Made by a program: the position numbers and the translations under genes
In this document: in pieces, positions 10,242-19,480 of the stretch
Position numbering within the stretch: the first letter of the stretch is position 1
Layout: each line of letters opens with the position of its first letter
Source: an uncultured Acidiferrobacteraceae bacterium
GTDB lineage: Bacteria > Pseudomonadota > Gammaproteobacteria > Arenicellales > UBA868
Direction: 5' to 3'
Assembly: GCA_964630665.1 (NCBI GenBank)
Contig: CAZVVN010000006.1
Span: 1 to 64,000, forward strand
DNA length: 64,000 bases
The notes under the pieces: model-generated
What the model saw: only the letters and a program-made list of their open reading frames with translations
Database searches by the model: none
What the model was told of the DNA's origin: nothing

Positions 10242-12614
10242 TCAGGCTGGCCTGATCAGCAGATTTCCAACGGAATCCACTTCTCCAGCATGGCCGGGTA
10301 AGACCAGGGTCGTGGAGTCCATTTCGGTTACGATCGCGGGACCCGCAATCCTGTCTCCGGCCCTAAGCACGGCCCGGTCAAGAATGTCAGCGTCGTGCTC
10401 GCGACCTTCAAAGTAGATCTTGGAACGGGCATAGACCGCCCCGGAGGCATCGCCGTTTCCGCCGGCTAGCGCTTCGGCTTCTGCTGCGCTTTCCCTGCCC
10501 TGAACCAGTGCCCGAAGCGTGTAGAGTTCCCGCTCGGTCTCCAGGGCAAAAGTGAACAGTTGCTCGTGCATCGCATCAAAACGTTTCCCGAGCTCAGCAA
10601 GGCCACCGGATTCAAATTCGGCCGGCGTCATCTCGATAGTCAAACGCATACCCTGCCCGGCATAACGAAGATCGACCTGGTAGGCTGTCGACTGATCGCT
10701 TCGCGGAACGCCTTCAGCATCCAGAGTTGCGGCAGCCGAACCCGCCAGTTCAGTCAGGATTCCCAGTACCTGCGTGTCATCAGTTTCAGAGAATCGTCGG
10801 ACGAAGGTCCGAGAAGCCTCGTCGCGGACCCGGGTCGTGGCGTCACCGTAAGCGCACAACACCCCGGGTCCTGGCGGAATAATCACCGGCCAGGAATTCA
10901 TCAGACTGCCCAGGGCATTGGCATGCAGCGGGCCGGCCCCACCAAAGGCGACCAGTGCAAAATCCCTGGGATCAAAGCCCTGTTCCACTGACACCAGCCG
11001 CAGTGCGCCAAACATGTTCTCGTTGACGATGTTGACGATCCCTTCCGCTGCGTCCTGAACCGACAAACCCATGGCCTTGCCGACAGCAGCGACTGCCTGT
11101 TCCGCCTGATCGCGATCGAGCTCCATGTCGCCGCCGAGCTTGGCACTCGACGGCAGGTAGCCCAGGACCACGTTGGCATCGGTCACGGTGGGCTCGGTTC
11201 CACCCATGGCATAGGCAGCCGGCCCCGGCTCAGCACCGGCACTCTGTGGTCCGACGCGCAGGGCCCTCGTCAATTCCGGAACGTAAGCAATCGATCCTCC
11301 CCCCGCACCCACAGTCCGCACATCAATGGAAGACGAGCGCACGGTCACGTCCGCAACCCGGGTCTCGCGTCTTGTCTGAGCTACACCGTTTTGAATCAGG
11401 GCAACGTCTGTCGACGTGCCACCCATATCGAAGGTTAGAAGATCGCTGTAACCGGCCTGCCTGGCCATCCACACTGCACCCGACACGCCACCGGCCGGCC
11501 CGCTCATCAGCAGGTTGACCGGGGTTGCCTTGGCCGCCTCGGCCGACGCCAGGCCACCATCGGAACGCAGAATATGCAACTGCATCCCGCTCATTCGCCG
11601 ATTGAGCTCCGACTCAAGGTTCTCAATGTAGTTCGAGACCACCGGCCTGATGTACGAATTCACGACCGTTGTCTCGGTTCGTTCATACTCGTACATCTCC
11701 GGAACCACTTCCGATGAAATCGAGATCGGGATGCCAGGCAAAATACCCTCGGCCACCTGTCGAACCCGCTGCTCGTGTACACCGTTGGCGTAAGCGTTCA
11801 TCAGCGACACGGTCAGCGCCTCGATCCCGGCGCCGGACAACGCTTTCAGTGCCTCAGCCAGGGCATCCTCATCAAGGGGCCGGACGACCTCCCCTTTTGC
11901 GCCGATCCGCTCGTCTGCTTCAATGGTCAACTCCAGTGGCGCCAGGGGATCGCTCTTATTAAAGATCACCCAGCCACCCAGGCCACCCGGTACATAGGAC
12001 CGGGCGATCTGCAGAACCTGCTTGTAGCCTTTGGTCGTCACCAGCCCAACCCGGGCACCACTGGCTGTCAAAACGGTGTTGGTGGCCACTGTCGTGCCGT
12101 GCATGACATGACTGATATCAGCGAGAGAAACACCGGCCTGCTGACAGACCCGCTCGATGCCACTCAGTACCCCGATCGAAGAGTCTTTCGGGGTAGAGGG
12201 CACCTTGGCGGTAAAACTACGCCCGCTGGACTCCTCGATCAGCAGGATGTCGGTAAAAGTTCCACCAACATCAGCCCCCAGTCGGTAGCCGGCTTGACCG
12301 GCAACGCGCCTGGGCGCCGCAGTGGGCCCTTCCGTCGGAGCGGGTGTCGAAGCCGCCTGGGTACTGGCAGGCCTGCTTCTCGTTGCCGGCAGGTCAGGCG
12401 GTGGATCGTCTTCAGGCCTTTTCCGGGCCACCTCGGGTGAACGCTCCGCCGGTGGATCGTCAGAACGAGTCGTCCGCGGCGGGGCAGGAGGCTTGACCTG
12501 GGCAGGTTCTCCCGCCCGGGTCCGGTCACCCCGGGCCAGTGCAGCAAAGTCATCCTTTGCCTTTTTCAGTTCGGCATCGAACCAGCCCGTCGATTTACGC
12601 GAATCTTTCGTCAT
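10242..12614 (-). CDS. hyuA: Hydantoinase A / oxoprolinase family protein (HyuA-like) with a Pro/Ala-rich N-terminal extension of about 110 aa, cluster 1
   Basis: 790 aa. The core begins GADVGGTFTDILLIEE (Hydantoinase_A N-terminal signature). Before it sits a low-complexity segment (KPPAPPRTTRSDDPPAERSPEVARKRPEDDPPPDLPATRSRPASTQAASTPAPTEGPTAAP). No internal Met is available, so the extension is translated if ATG 12614 is used. Confidence 0.8.
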   Translation of the reverse strand: MTKDSRKSTGWFDAELKKAKDDFAALARGDRTRAGEPAQVKPPAPPRTTRSDDPPAERSPEVARKRPEDDPPPDLPATRSRPASTQAASTPAPTEGPTAAPRRVAGQAGYRLGADVGGTFTDILLIEESSGRSFTAKVPSTPKDSSIGVLSGIERVCQQAGVSLADISHVMHGTTVATNTVLTASGARVGLVTTKGYKQVLQIARSYVPGGLGGWVIFNKSDPLAPLELTIEADERIGAKGEVVRPLDEDALAEALKALSGAGIEALTVSLMNAYANGVHEQRVRQVAEGILPGIPISISSEVVPEMYEYERTETTVVNSYIRPVVSNYIENLESELNRRMSGMQLHILRSDGGLASAEAAKATPVNLLMSGPAGGVSGAVWMARQAGYSDLLTFDMGGTSTDVALIQNGVAQTRRETRVADVTVRSSSIDVRTVGAGGGSIAYVPELTRALRVGPQSAGAEPGPAAYAMGGTEPTVTDANVVLGYLPSSAKLGGDMELDRDQAEQAVAAVGKAMGLSVQDAAEGIVNIVNENMFGALRLVSVEQGFDPRDFALVAFGGAGPLHANALGSLMNSWPVIIPPGPGVLCAYGDATTRVRDEASRTFVRRFSETDDTQVLGILTELAGSAAATLDAEGVPRSDQSTAYQVDLRYAGQGMRLTIEMTPAEFESGGLAELGKRFDAMHEQLFTFALETERELYTLRALVQGRESAAEAEALAGGNGDASGAVYARSKIYFEGREHDADILDRAVLRAGDRIAGPAIVTEMDSTTLVLPGHAGEVDSVGNLLIRPA

Positions 12615-12674
12615 CCTTTAACGAATTTCCATCTGCTTGTTCATCATCCAATACCTAACGCAGACCGCGGCCCA

Positions 12675-13316
12675 TCAGTCCAGCGCCTGCCGCCACGCTC
12701 TGATCTGACCAATTGCCTCATCGGCATCGGTCAGATCACAATAACGGCGCTCAACATCCCGCAGGTTGTCATGGTGCGGGCCTTCATCCTGATCTCCCAC
12801 ACAGTCCTCGGGCACCAGCGTCCGGAACCCCCACTGGAAACAGTCCACGATCGACGCACGGACACAGCCCGATGTCGTGCAGCCCACCACAAAGATTGTA
12901 TCCACTGACTCCTTGTTGAAAAAGGCGGCGGCTGGTGTCTGAAAGAACATCGAGGCCCCCGATTTGCGCATCGCAACGTCGTAATCAGGGTCATAGGTCC
13001 GGGGATCAAGTTGAGTGGGCGTCTCACCTTCGATCAGATCTTCGAGCACCGCTGAGATCTTCCAGTAAGGCATATCCCGCCGGGAGTTGTAACCCGTATA
13101 ACAGGTCGCCACGGGCACACCGCAGGACCTGGCAACTTCGAGTAAGCGAGCAGTATTCTCGATCGCCCGCTGAACCAGGGGTGCACCACCTAGGGAAAAA
13201 ACGGGATCGGTAAAGCCGAGCTGGAAATCAACTACGGCGATCCCGGGCTTGCTACCAAAACCGATCGCCTCGCTGCCGTAGGAGCGTTGGCTGTAAACGT
13301 CCTGCTCGCCATTCAC
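12675..13316 (-). CDS. Isochorismatase-family cysteine hydrolase (N-carbamoylsarcosine amidase-like), cluster 1
   Basis: 213 aa. Motif VVGCTTSGCVRAS (catalytic Cys region of isochorismatase/CSHase-like hydrolases), AVVDFQLGFTDP near the N-terminus, and a DxxxxxN region. It lies directly upstream of hyuA-hyuB on the same strand. Confidence 0.75.
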   Translation of the reverse strand: MNGEQDVYSQRSYGSEAIGFGSKPGIAVVDFQLGFTDPVFSLGGAPLVQRAIENTARLLEVARSCGVPVATCYTGYNSRRDMPYWKISAVLEDLIEGETPTQLDPRTYDPDYDVAMRKSGASMFFQTPAAAFFNKESVDTIFVVGCTTSGCVRASIVDCFQWGFRTLVPEDCVGDQDEGPHHDNLRDVERRYCDLTDADEAIGQIRAWRQALD

Positions 13317-13362
13317 TGTATCGCATCCGTCAGAGTGGTCACTATTGACGGCCCATCGGCTC

Positions 13363-14313
13363 TCACTGGGCGGCCTGGTGGGCGAGTACGTCGTCGGGGA
13401 ATATCCCGGCTTTCATCAACTGACCAGGCAGGGGATCGTCAAAATGACCTTCCACCCAGTTGGCGACCTCTATCAAGCCGGAGAGATCGACACCGGTTTC
13501 ATAGTCCATATTGCGCAATACATAACAAAGGTCCTCGGTGGAAATGTTACCGGTTGCACGAGGGGCAAACGGGCAACCGCCTATGCCCCCGACCGAAGCG
13601 TCCAGGATACGCACCCCTGATTCAACCGCCGCAACGGCGTTGGCGATCCCGGTGTTGCGGGTGTTGTGGAAGTGACAGCCTATGGCGACCGAACCATCGA
13701 GAATCTCCTGAACCGCTGTCAAACGCTCGCGCACCTGGCTCGGAACGGCACAGCCGATACTATCGGCAAGCAGGATCTCGTTCACGCCCATCTGATCCAG
13801 ACGACGGGCAATGTCGACAACAGCGCCAATGCTGACTTCGCCCTCAAATGGACAGCCGAACGAAGCTGCAATCACAGCTGAGAAGACTTTACCGGACTGG
13901 TGAACTCGCTGAGCGATGGATTCCAGACCGCCAAGTGTCTCGGCAATGCTGGCGCCCTGGTTCTTCTGATTGAAGGTCTCGCTGGCCACGACCACGTAGC
14001 GCACCTCGTCGACTTGAGCATCAAGAGCTCGCTCAACACCCTTCATATTCAAAGCCAGACCTGAGAACCGGACCCCGGTCGATCGATCGACCTCACCCAT
14101 GACCAATTCCGCGTCGGCCATCTGCGGGACCCGTTTGGGGTTGACGAAACTGACCGCTTCAATCCGTCGGATACCCGTCTGCGCCAGGCGATCGATCAAC
14201 TCGACACGCTCGGCAACACTCCAGATCCGTTTTTCACTCTGCAGTCCGTCACGGGCGGCAACGTCACAGATCTCGATAGACCTGGCGCGGTCAGATGATC
14301 CCGTCATTTTCAA
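13363..14313 (-). CDS. HMG-CoA lyase-like (DRE-TIM metallolyase) protein
   Basis: 316 aa. Motifs EICDVAARDGLQ (N-terminal DRE-TIM signature) and IGCHFHNTRNTGIANAVAAVESGVRILDASVGGIGGCPFAPRATGNISTEDL (HMGL-like metal-binding region). It overlaps the upstream CoA transferase by 23 nt. Confidence 0.75.
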   Translation of the reverse strand: MKMTGSSDRARSIEICDVAARDGLQSEKRIWSVAERVELIDRLAQTGIRRIEAVSFVNPKRVPQMADAELVMGEVDRSTGVRFSGLALNMKGVERALDAQVDEVRYVVVASETFNQKNQGASIAETLGGLESIAQRVHQSGKVFSAVIAASFGCPFEGEVSIGAVVDIARRLDQMGVNEILLADSIGCAVPSQVRERLTAVQEILDGSVAIGCHFHNTRNTGIANAVAAVESGVRILDASVGGIGGCPFAPRATGNISTEDLCYVLRNMDYETGVDLSGLIEVANWVEGHFDDPLPGQLMKAGIFPDDVLAHQAAQ

Positions 14314-15523
14314 GCTCCTTCAGATCGTCCTCAGATAGACCCAGCATGCCACAGTAAACCTCCTCATTGTGGACACCCACCTCGGATGGGCCAAGCCAGG
14401 CGATCTCACTGTGGGTCTCGCTCAGTTTCGGCACAAATCCCGGCACTGCAATTTCACCGAGTTCTTTATCCTGAAACCGGCAAATCATATCCCGCGCCTG
14501 GTAGTGCGGGTCGTTGACGATATCCTCGATCGAGTAGATGGGCCCTGACACCACGCCATGTTTATCCAGTCGCTCATCCAGTTCGGCAGCGCTCAACTCC
14601 CGGGTCCAGTCTGCAATCAGGCTATCCAGTTCGTCGCCGTTCTGCCCGCGGGCCTGATGCGTACTGTAACGTGGGTCATCGGCGAGTTCCGGCTGCTCCA
14701 TAGCATCGCACAGGCGTTTGAACATCGGGTTGAGATTCGCCGCGATCACTACCCACTTGCCATCGCTGGTCGGAAAGATATTGGACGGCGAGACGTTTGC
14801 CAGGCCGGTGCCGCTCGGCTCCCTCACAAATCCCACCTTGTCATACTCTGACAGTGCACTTTCCATCATCGCGAAGCACGATTCCGTGATCGATGCATCG
14901 ATCACCTGGCCCCTGCCCTTGCCAACCGTGTCTCGCCAGTAAAGTGCCATCAGCACCCCCTGGGCGGCAAACATTCCGGCCAGTGTGTCTCCCAGCGAGA
15001 TCCCCATTCGTGGCGGGGGCTGATCCGGGAACCCATTGATGTATCGGAGACCGCCCATCGCTTCACCGACACTGGCGAACCCTGGGCGATCTGCGTAGGG
15101 GCCGGTCTGGCCATATCCAGAAACACGGGCAATGACCAGGCCGGGGTTGATCTCGTGCAGAGCACTGGGCGCGAGACCCCATTTCTCCAGAGTACCCGGC
15201 TTGAAGTTCTCAACCAGTACATCTGCTGTCTCGATCAGGCGACGGACCAGATCCTGCCCTCGAGATTCGCGGAGATTCGCCGAGACCGACTTTTTGTTGC
15301 GCGCCAGGACCGGCCACCAGAGTCCCCGATCCTTGTACCGGTGATGTCCCCAGGCCCGCATCGCGTCTCCGTTGCCCGGTGTTTCGACCTTGATCACTTC
15401 GGCCCCGAAATCCGCCATCCGCGAACCCACAAAAGGACCGGCAACCAGCTGACCCATCTCGATCACCCGCACACCGGCCAGGGGGCCTTTGAGCCGTTCA
15501 TCGGTTTTCGTGCGCTCAGGCAT
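14291..15523 (-). CDS. CoA-transferase family III (CaiB/BaiF) protein
   Basis: 410 aa. GVRVIEMGQLVAGPFVGSRMADFGAEVIKVE is the canonical CaiB/BaiF N-terminal motif. Conserved Asp-containing regions are VLVENFKPG and LGDTLAGM. Confidence 0.8.
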   Translation of the reverse strand: MPERTKTDERLKGPLAGVRVIEMGQLVAGPFVGSRMADFGAEVIKVETPGNGDAMRAWGHHRYKDRGLWWPVLARNKKSVSANLRESRGQDLVRRLIETADVLVENFKPGTLEKWGLAPSALHEINPGLVIARVSGYGQTGPYADRPGFASVGEAMGGLRYINGFPDQPPPRMGISLGDTLAGMFAAQGVLMALYWRDTVGKGRGQVIDASITESCFAMMESALSEYDKVGFVREPSGTGLANVSPSNIFPTSDGKWVVIAANLNPMFKRLCDAMEQPELADDPRYSTHQARGQNGDELDSLIADWTRELSAAELDERLDKHGVVSGPIYSIEDIVNDPHYQARDMICRFQDKELGEIAVPGFVPKLSETHSEIAWLGPSEVGVHNEEVYCGMLGLSEDDLKELENDGII

Positions 15524-15630
15524 TACGCCACCTCGTCAGACTTGATTGTCAGCCCGGATTCTATACAAGAACACGGTTCCCGATCCCTGACCCGAGTTTT
15601 CACTTCGACTCCCGCCACGACGCTTCAACG

Positions 15631-16470
15631 CTAGTGGCGGCCAAGAAACGAAAAGAGGAGTTCACAGAACTCGGCCTTCTGTGCTTTGCCAGCCACGACG
15701 TGAGCTGTATTTTTCATGGTGACCCCTTCGGCGCCGGGTATCGCCTGTTCGATCGGCAATGTAGTCCGGGGACTTGTGATCATGTCCATGGCCGCATGGA
15801 TGACGAGCGTTGGGGCACTGATCAAAGCGAGGCGATCTCTGGTGTCATGCGTAAGACAGGCATCGACCAGACGTTCGTGGGTCACATAGTTGTCTCTCAG
15901 CTCTGGCCACTCACCGCCAGGACCCAGCAAACGGTGCCGGTTCTGATTGTAGAACTCGGGAAGGAACGAACAGATGCACACAAATTCCTGAAACGTGTAA
16001 AACCCCGAGTCCTTATGGACAGTCCTGAATAAATTCAGCTGATCTCGAAGATAGTCATCGCAGAAAGCCCAGGCCCCCATATTCACCATACTACGGACGA
16101 GGTCAGGACGATTAAGAGCAATTTCCTGGGCCACACCACAGCCCATTCCAACCAGGCCGATAAGGTGGACATCACGCCAGCCCAGAGAATCGAGCAAGCC
16201 GATCAGATCATCGGCATAAAGTCTCATCGATGCCGGTCTACCCGGTTCATCGCTGGATTCGGCAATGCCCCGGTAGTCGAAGACCAGCACCTTGTAGCGG
16301 TCGGTCAGACCCCGAGCCAGGCCCCGGCCATCGCGGTGGCAGTAGGTTCCCCAGCCTCCCATGCACACGGCGGGATCTCCTTCACCGTGGATCTCGTAAT
16401 ACATCTGGTGATTGTTGATCTCGGCAAGCGGCACGGTGAAATCCCCGGGTAGTGATGAATTGCCGGCCAT
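15631..16470 (-). CDS. Alpha/beta-fold hydrolase
   Basis: The ORF track extends to 16629, but that would leave only 5 bp to the divergent amidase start. The internal ATG at 16470 (MAGNSS...MYYEIHGEGDPAV) gives a typical a/b-hydrolase N-terminus. The nucleophile-elbow-like motif is GLVGMGCG. Confidence 0.6.
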   Translation of the reverse strand: MAGNSSLPGDFTVPLAEINNHQMYYEIHGEGDPAVCMGGWGTYCHRDGRGLARGLTDRYKVLVFDYRGIAESSDEPGRPASMRLYADDLIGLLDSLGWRDVHLIGLVGMGCGVAQEIALNRPDLVRSMVNMGAWAFCDDYLRDQLNLFRTVHKDSGFYTFQEFVCICSFLPEFYNQNRHRLLGPGGEWPELRDNYVTHERLVDACLTHDTRDRLALISAPTLVIHAAMDMITSPRTTLPIEQAIPGAEGVTMKNTAHVVAGKAQKAEFCELLFSFLGRH

Positions 16471-16634
16471 TCTATACGACCCGGGAGCGGTTCCAGCAGA
16501 ACGGCCTGGTACTTTGATCTGGTAGCCCAGCGGCACTTTCCCGGCAGATACCGCGACCTCAAGCCAGCTCTCACCCAATTGTGCTATCGTGCTGCGACTC
16601 AATGTGAGCCTCTTTCCCCACTCGAACATATCCC

Positions 16635-18032
16635 GTGTCCCAACCCATCGTCTTTCAGCCCCTACATCGCCAGCTCACGACCCTTAACCGGGGCGAGTGT
16701 TCGGCCCGTGAACTGACTGCTGCCTATCTGGACCGGATTGACCGTTTTGATCCCCAGCTGAATGCCTACGTCACTGTATTCCGGGATGAGGCACTGCAAG
16801 CGGCCGAGAACGCAGACCGGCAACGTGCGGCCGGAAAACCGCTCGGCGCTCTACATGGGATACCCTTCGGACTCAAGGACATCATTGAGGTCCAAGGTCA
16901 ACCGGCCGCGTGGGGCTGTCGTGCCCTGGATGGCCGAGTGTCGCCAGTCTCGGCTACCGTGGTGGATCGCCTCACAAGCGAAGGTGCGATCATCCTGGGT
17001 AAAACCCAGTCCGTGGAATTTGCGTTGGGTGGCTGGGGCACCAACCAGCACTGCGGCACCCCGTGGAACCCGTGGGACCTTAAGACTCACCGCGTACCCG
17101 GAGGCTCGAGCAGCGGTTCTGGCGTTGCTGTTGCGGCCGGTCTCACTTCGGCCGCACTGGGCACCGACACCGGCGGCTCAGTCCGCCTGCCGTCGGCCTT
17201 CTGCGGACTGACAGGGCTGAAGCCGACCTTCGGCCGGGTGTCGAACCATGGCGTGATGCCACTCTCACACTCACTGGATACAGTCGGTCCCATGGCACGC
17301 TGTGTCCAGGATGTCGCTCTGATCTACCAGGTATTGCAGGGCCCAGATTCCAGAGATCGGACAACACTGTATCTGCCCGCGGATGAGCCAATGGCTGGAA
17401 TTCGCGATGGAATCAAGGGCATGTGCCTCGCTGCATTACCGGACGAACAAAGAAAAGAATCGACCGAGCCGGTCAACCTGGCCTATGAAAGGGCGCTGGA
17501 ATGCGCCGGAAAACTGGGCGCAGAGATCGTCATTCGGGGGCTTCCCCATTCCTTCGAGACTTACCGTAACCTCTCTTCCGTGATCGCGAGTGCGGAAGGC
17601 TATGCGCATTGTCATGAATTGATCGACCAGCAAGACCTGCCGATCGGCGATGCGACGCGTGCGCGAATGCTACCCGGAAAGACCTGCTCGGCGAAGGACT
17701 ACCTGGACGCCATGAACCAGATTGAGCGCTGGCGGACAGAATACGAAGAACACATGCGCGGGATTGATGCGCTACTGACCCCGACTGCGATGGTCCCGGC
17801 CATTCCGGTCGAGGAAGTTGACGAAAAGATACTGCCCGCCTACTACACGCGGGCAACAAACGTCCTTGGTCTGTGTGCGCTTGCTCTACCCATCGGTCAG
17901 TCAGGCGAAGGGTTGCCGGTATCGCTGTGCCTGCACGGGCACTCTTTTGCCGAAGCCACGATCCTAAGGATCGGCTCGGCACTCGAACAGGGACTGGGTG
18001 AAAACAGCCGGATCCCTGCAGGACTGGAGTAG
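16635..18032 (+). CDS. Amidase-signature (AS) family amidase
   Basis: 465 aa. [15 protein letters not shown]...GTDTGGSVRLPSAFCGLTGLKPTFGRVS is the amidase signature with the Ser-cisSer-Lys catalytic region. The N-terminal GIPFGLKD fits the family. Confidence 0.8.
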   Translation: MSQPIVFQPLHRQLTTLNRGECSARELTAAYLDRIDRFDPQLNAYVTVFRDEALQAAENADRQRAAGKPLGALHGIPFGLKDIIEVQGQPAAWGCRALDGRVSPVSATVVDRLTSEGAIILGKTQSVEFALGGWGTNQHCGTPWNPWDLKTHRVPGGSSSGSGVAVAAGLTSAALGTDTGGSVRLPSAFCGLTGLKPTFGRVSNHGVMPLSHSLDTVGPMARCVQDVALIYQVLQGPDSRDRTTLYLPADEPMAGIRDGIKGMCLAALPDEQRKESTEPVNLAYERALECAGKLGAEIVIRGLPHSFETYRNLSSVIASAEGYAHCHELIDQQDLPIGDATRARMLPGKTCSAKDYLDAMNQIERWRTEYEEHMRGIDALLTPTAMVPAIPVEEVDEKILPAYYTRATNVLGLCALALPIGQSGEGLPVSLCLHGHSFAEATILRIGSALEQGLGENSRIPAGLE

Positions 18033-18066
18033 CAGACCAACCCCTGCGCAGGAATCTGCCTGCAGA

Positions 18067-19005
18067 CTAGAGCAGCTTGAGCATAGCGTCGGCCCCACTG
18101 CTGTCGACCTGGTGACCGGCCTCGACGATAAGGTCCTTGATGACACCGTCGTTGACGATCATGGCATAGCGCCTGGAACGCAGGTTAAGACCCAGAAACC
18201 TCAAGTCTTCGACCATTCCCATTGCCCGGGTGAATTCGCCGTCTCCATCTGCAACCATACTGACCCGACCCTCGACGTTCTGGCTTCGGCCCCAGGCTTG
18301 CATGACAAAAGGATCATTGACAGCCAGACAGATGATGTCGTCGATACCCCGGTCGCGGATCTGATCGGCCTGCCGCACATAGCCCGGCAAGTGCTCTGCA
18401 GAACAGGCCGGTGTATAGGCGCCGGGTACTGCGAACAGAACTATCCTGCGCTGCGAAAAGAGCGCTTTGACGTCCACCGCCTGCGCTGTGTCACTTATAA
18501 GCTGGTAGACCTTCGCGCTCGGAACGGGATCACCGATAGCAAACCGGGCGTCAAGATAACCCAGCAGCGCTTTCATCTCATCACGCAACTGCCCTCTGGA
18601 TGACCATTTGACGAGCTGGCCAGTTGGATTTACCAGGCAAAGACCTGCAGAAACCACCGGTGGAAGACTGCGATCAAGATTCGCCGTAAACGACCCGCCA
18701 GGGTCACTGACCATGTCGAACGGCAGTTGGTACTGCTCAATAAACCTTCTGTTGGTCGCTGCATGATGGCCATTAAGACCGATTATCAGCGTGTTACGCG
18801 AAGTGAATTCCGGATAGTGATCGCGTAACCAATGCCAGTCGTCCGAGAGACCTGCTACGGGGAAATGATCGGTCCTCAGCAGCAACACATGGTGGCCGCG
18901 GTAATCGCTGAGATCCGTCAACACGCCCTGCTGGTTGGGCAACCCGCCAGTCGCTACAGGCGAGGAGCCTTGATTGGAGAACATCCCGCGGGACTCGGCT
19001 CGCAA
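18067..19005 (-). CDS. Tandem redoxin protein: degenerate N-terminal redoxin-like domain plus C-terminal Prx5-type peroxiredoxin
   Basis: The C-terminal half carries FAVPGAYTPACSAEHLPGY, the Prx5/AhpC-TSA peroxidatic Cys motif. The N-terminal half looks redoxin-like but lacks the active-site Cys (HFPVAGLSDD). Confidence 0.6.
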   Translation of the reverse strand: MRAESRGMFSNQGSSPVATGGLPNQQGVLTDLSDYRGHHVLLLRTDHFPVAGLSDDWHWLRDHYPEFTSRNTLIIGLNGHHAATNRRFIEQYQLPFDMVSDPGGSFTANLDRSLPPVVSAGLCLVNPTGQLVKWSSRGQLRDEMKALLGYLDARFAIGDPVPSAKVYQLISDTAQAVDVKALFSQRRIVLFAVPGAYTPACSAEHLPGYVRQADQIRDRGIDDIICLAVNDPFVMQAWGRSQNVEGRVSMVADGDGEFTRAMGMVEDLRFLGLNLRSRRYAMIVNDGVIKDLIVEAGHQVDSSGADAMLKLL

Positions 19006-19010
19006 CTAAA

Positions 19011-19469
19011 TCAGAGCAGTTGGACGCAACGCCTCAAGGCATCGTCTACAGCTTCTTGGTAGGCCGCTTCTTCGGTTTCCCGCTCGTTTCGGTAAACGCC
19101 AGGCACCGGGGGCTCAATCCGGGCCGACCCAAACTGCGCCTTGCGTGAATCCTGCCCGGACAACTCAAGACAGCACAGCACAACGATTTCATCTCCCTCG
19201 CGTCGACGGTCCCGGACCTGGCAGCGCCACTGGTCCGGGAAATGCCGGTCAAGCCAGGCCGACGGACCAAGACTGTCGAGATCATTCTTTTCCGGCCTGA
19301 CCTGCTGCATATCCGCAACCGGTGGTACGCCGGGCGCCGGTTGCCGGTTACGGGCAGACCCGGCGCTGCCGATACCCGATCCATCGTAGAGCGATTCCAG
19401 TTGGCGCCGATTCCCTTCGAGCAGGGTATCGAACGATTGACCGAAGCTTGGCCCGGAGTTAGAACCCAC
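19011..19469 (-). CDS. Small protein with a disordered N-terminus and a C-terminal Rad52-like minidomain, paralogous to the HyuB-fused extensions
   Basis: 152 aa. WLDRHFPDQWRCQV...EIVVLCCLELSG...EAAYQEAVDDALRRCVQLL aligns with the N-extension of HyuB (23164) and the C-extension of HyuB (34549). It sits between the isochorismatase-like and peroxiredoxin genes in a tightly spaced, co-directional string. Confidence 0.5.
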   Translation of the reverse strand: MGSNSGPSFGQSFDTLLEGNRRQLESLYDGSGIGSAGSARNRQPAPGVPPVADMQQVRPEKNDLDSLGPSAWLDRHFPDQWRCQVRDRRREGDEIVVLCCLELSGQDSRKAQFGSARIEPPVPGVYRNERETEEAAYQEAVDDALRRCVQLL

Positions 19470-19480
19470 TTGATCTTCTC

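Noticed and set aside
16471-16629. First-ATG start (16629) of the alpha/beta hydrolase
   Set aside because: It would leave 5 bp to the divergently oriented amidase start. The internal ATG at 16470 yields a canonical a/b-hydrolase N-terminus and a plausible shared promoter region.
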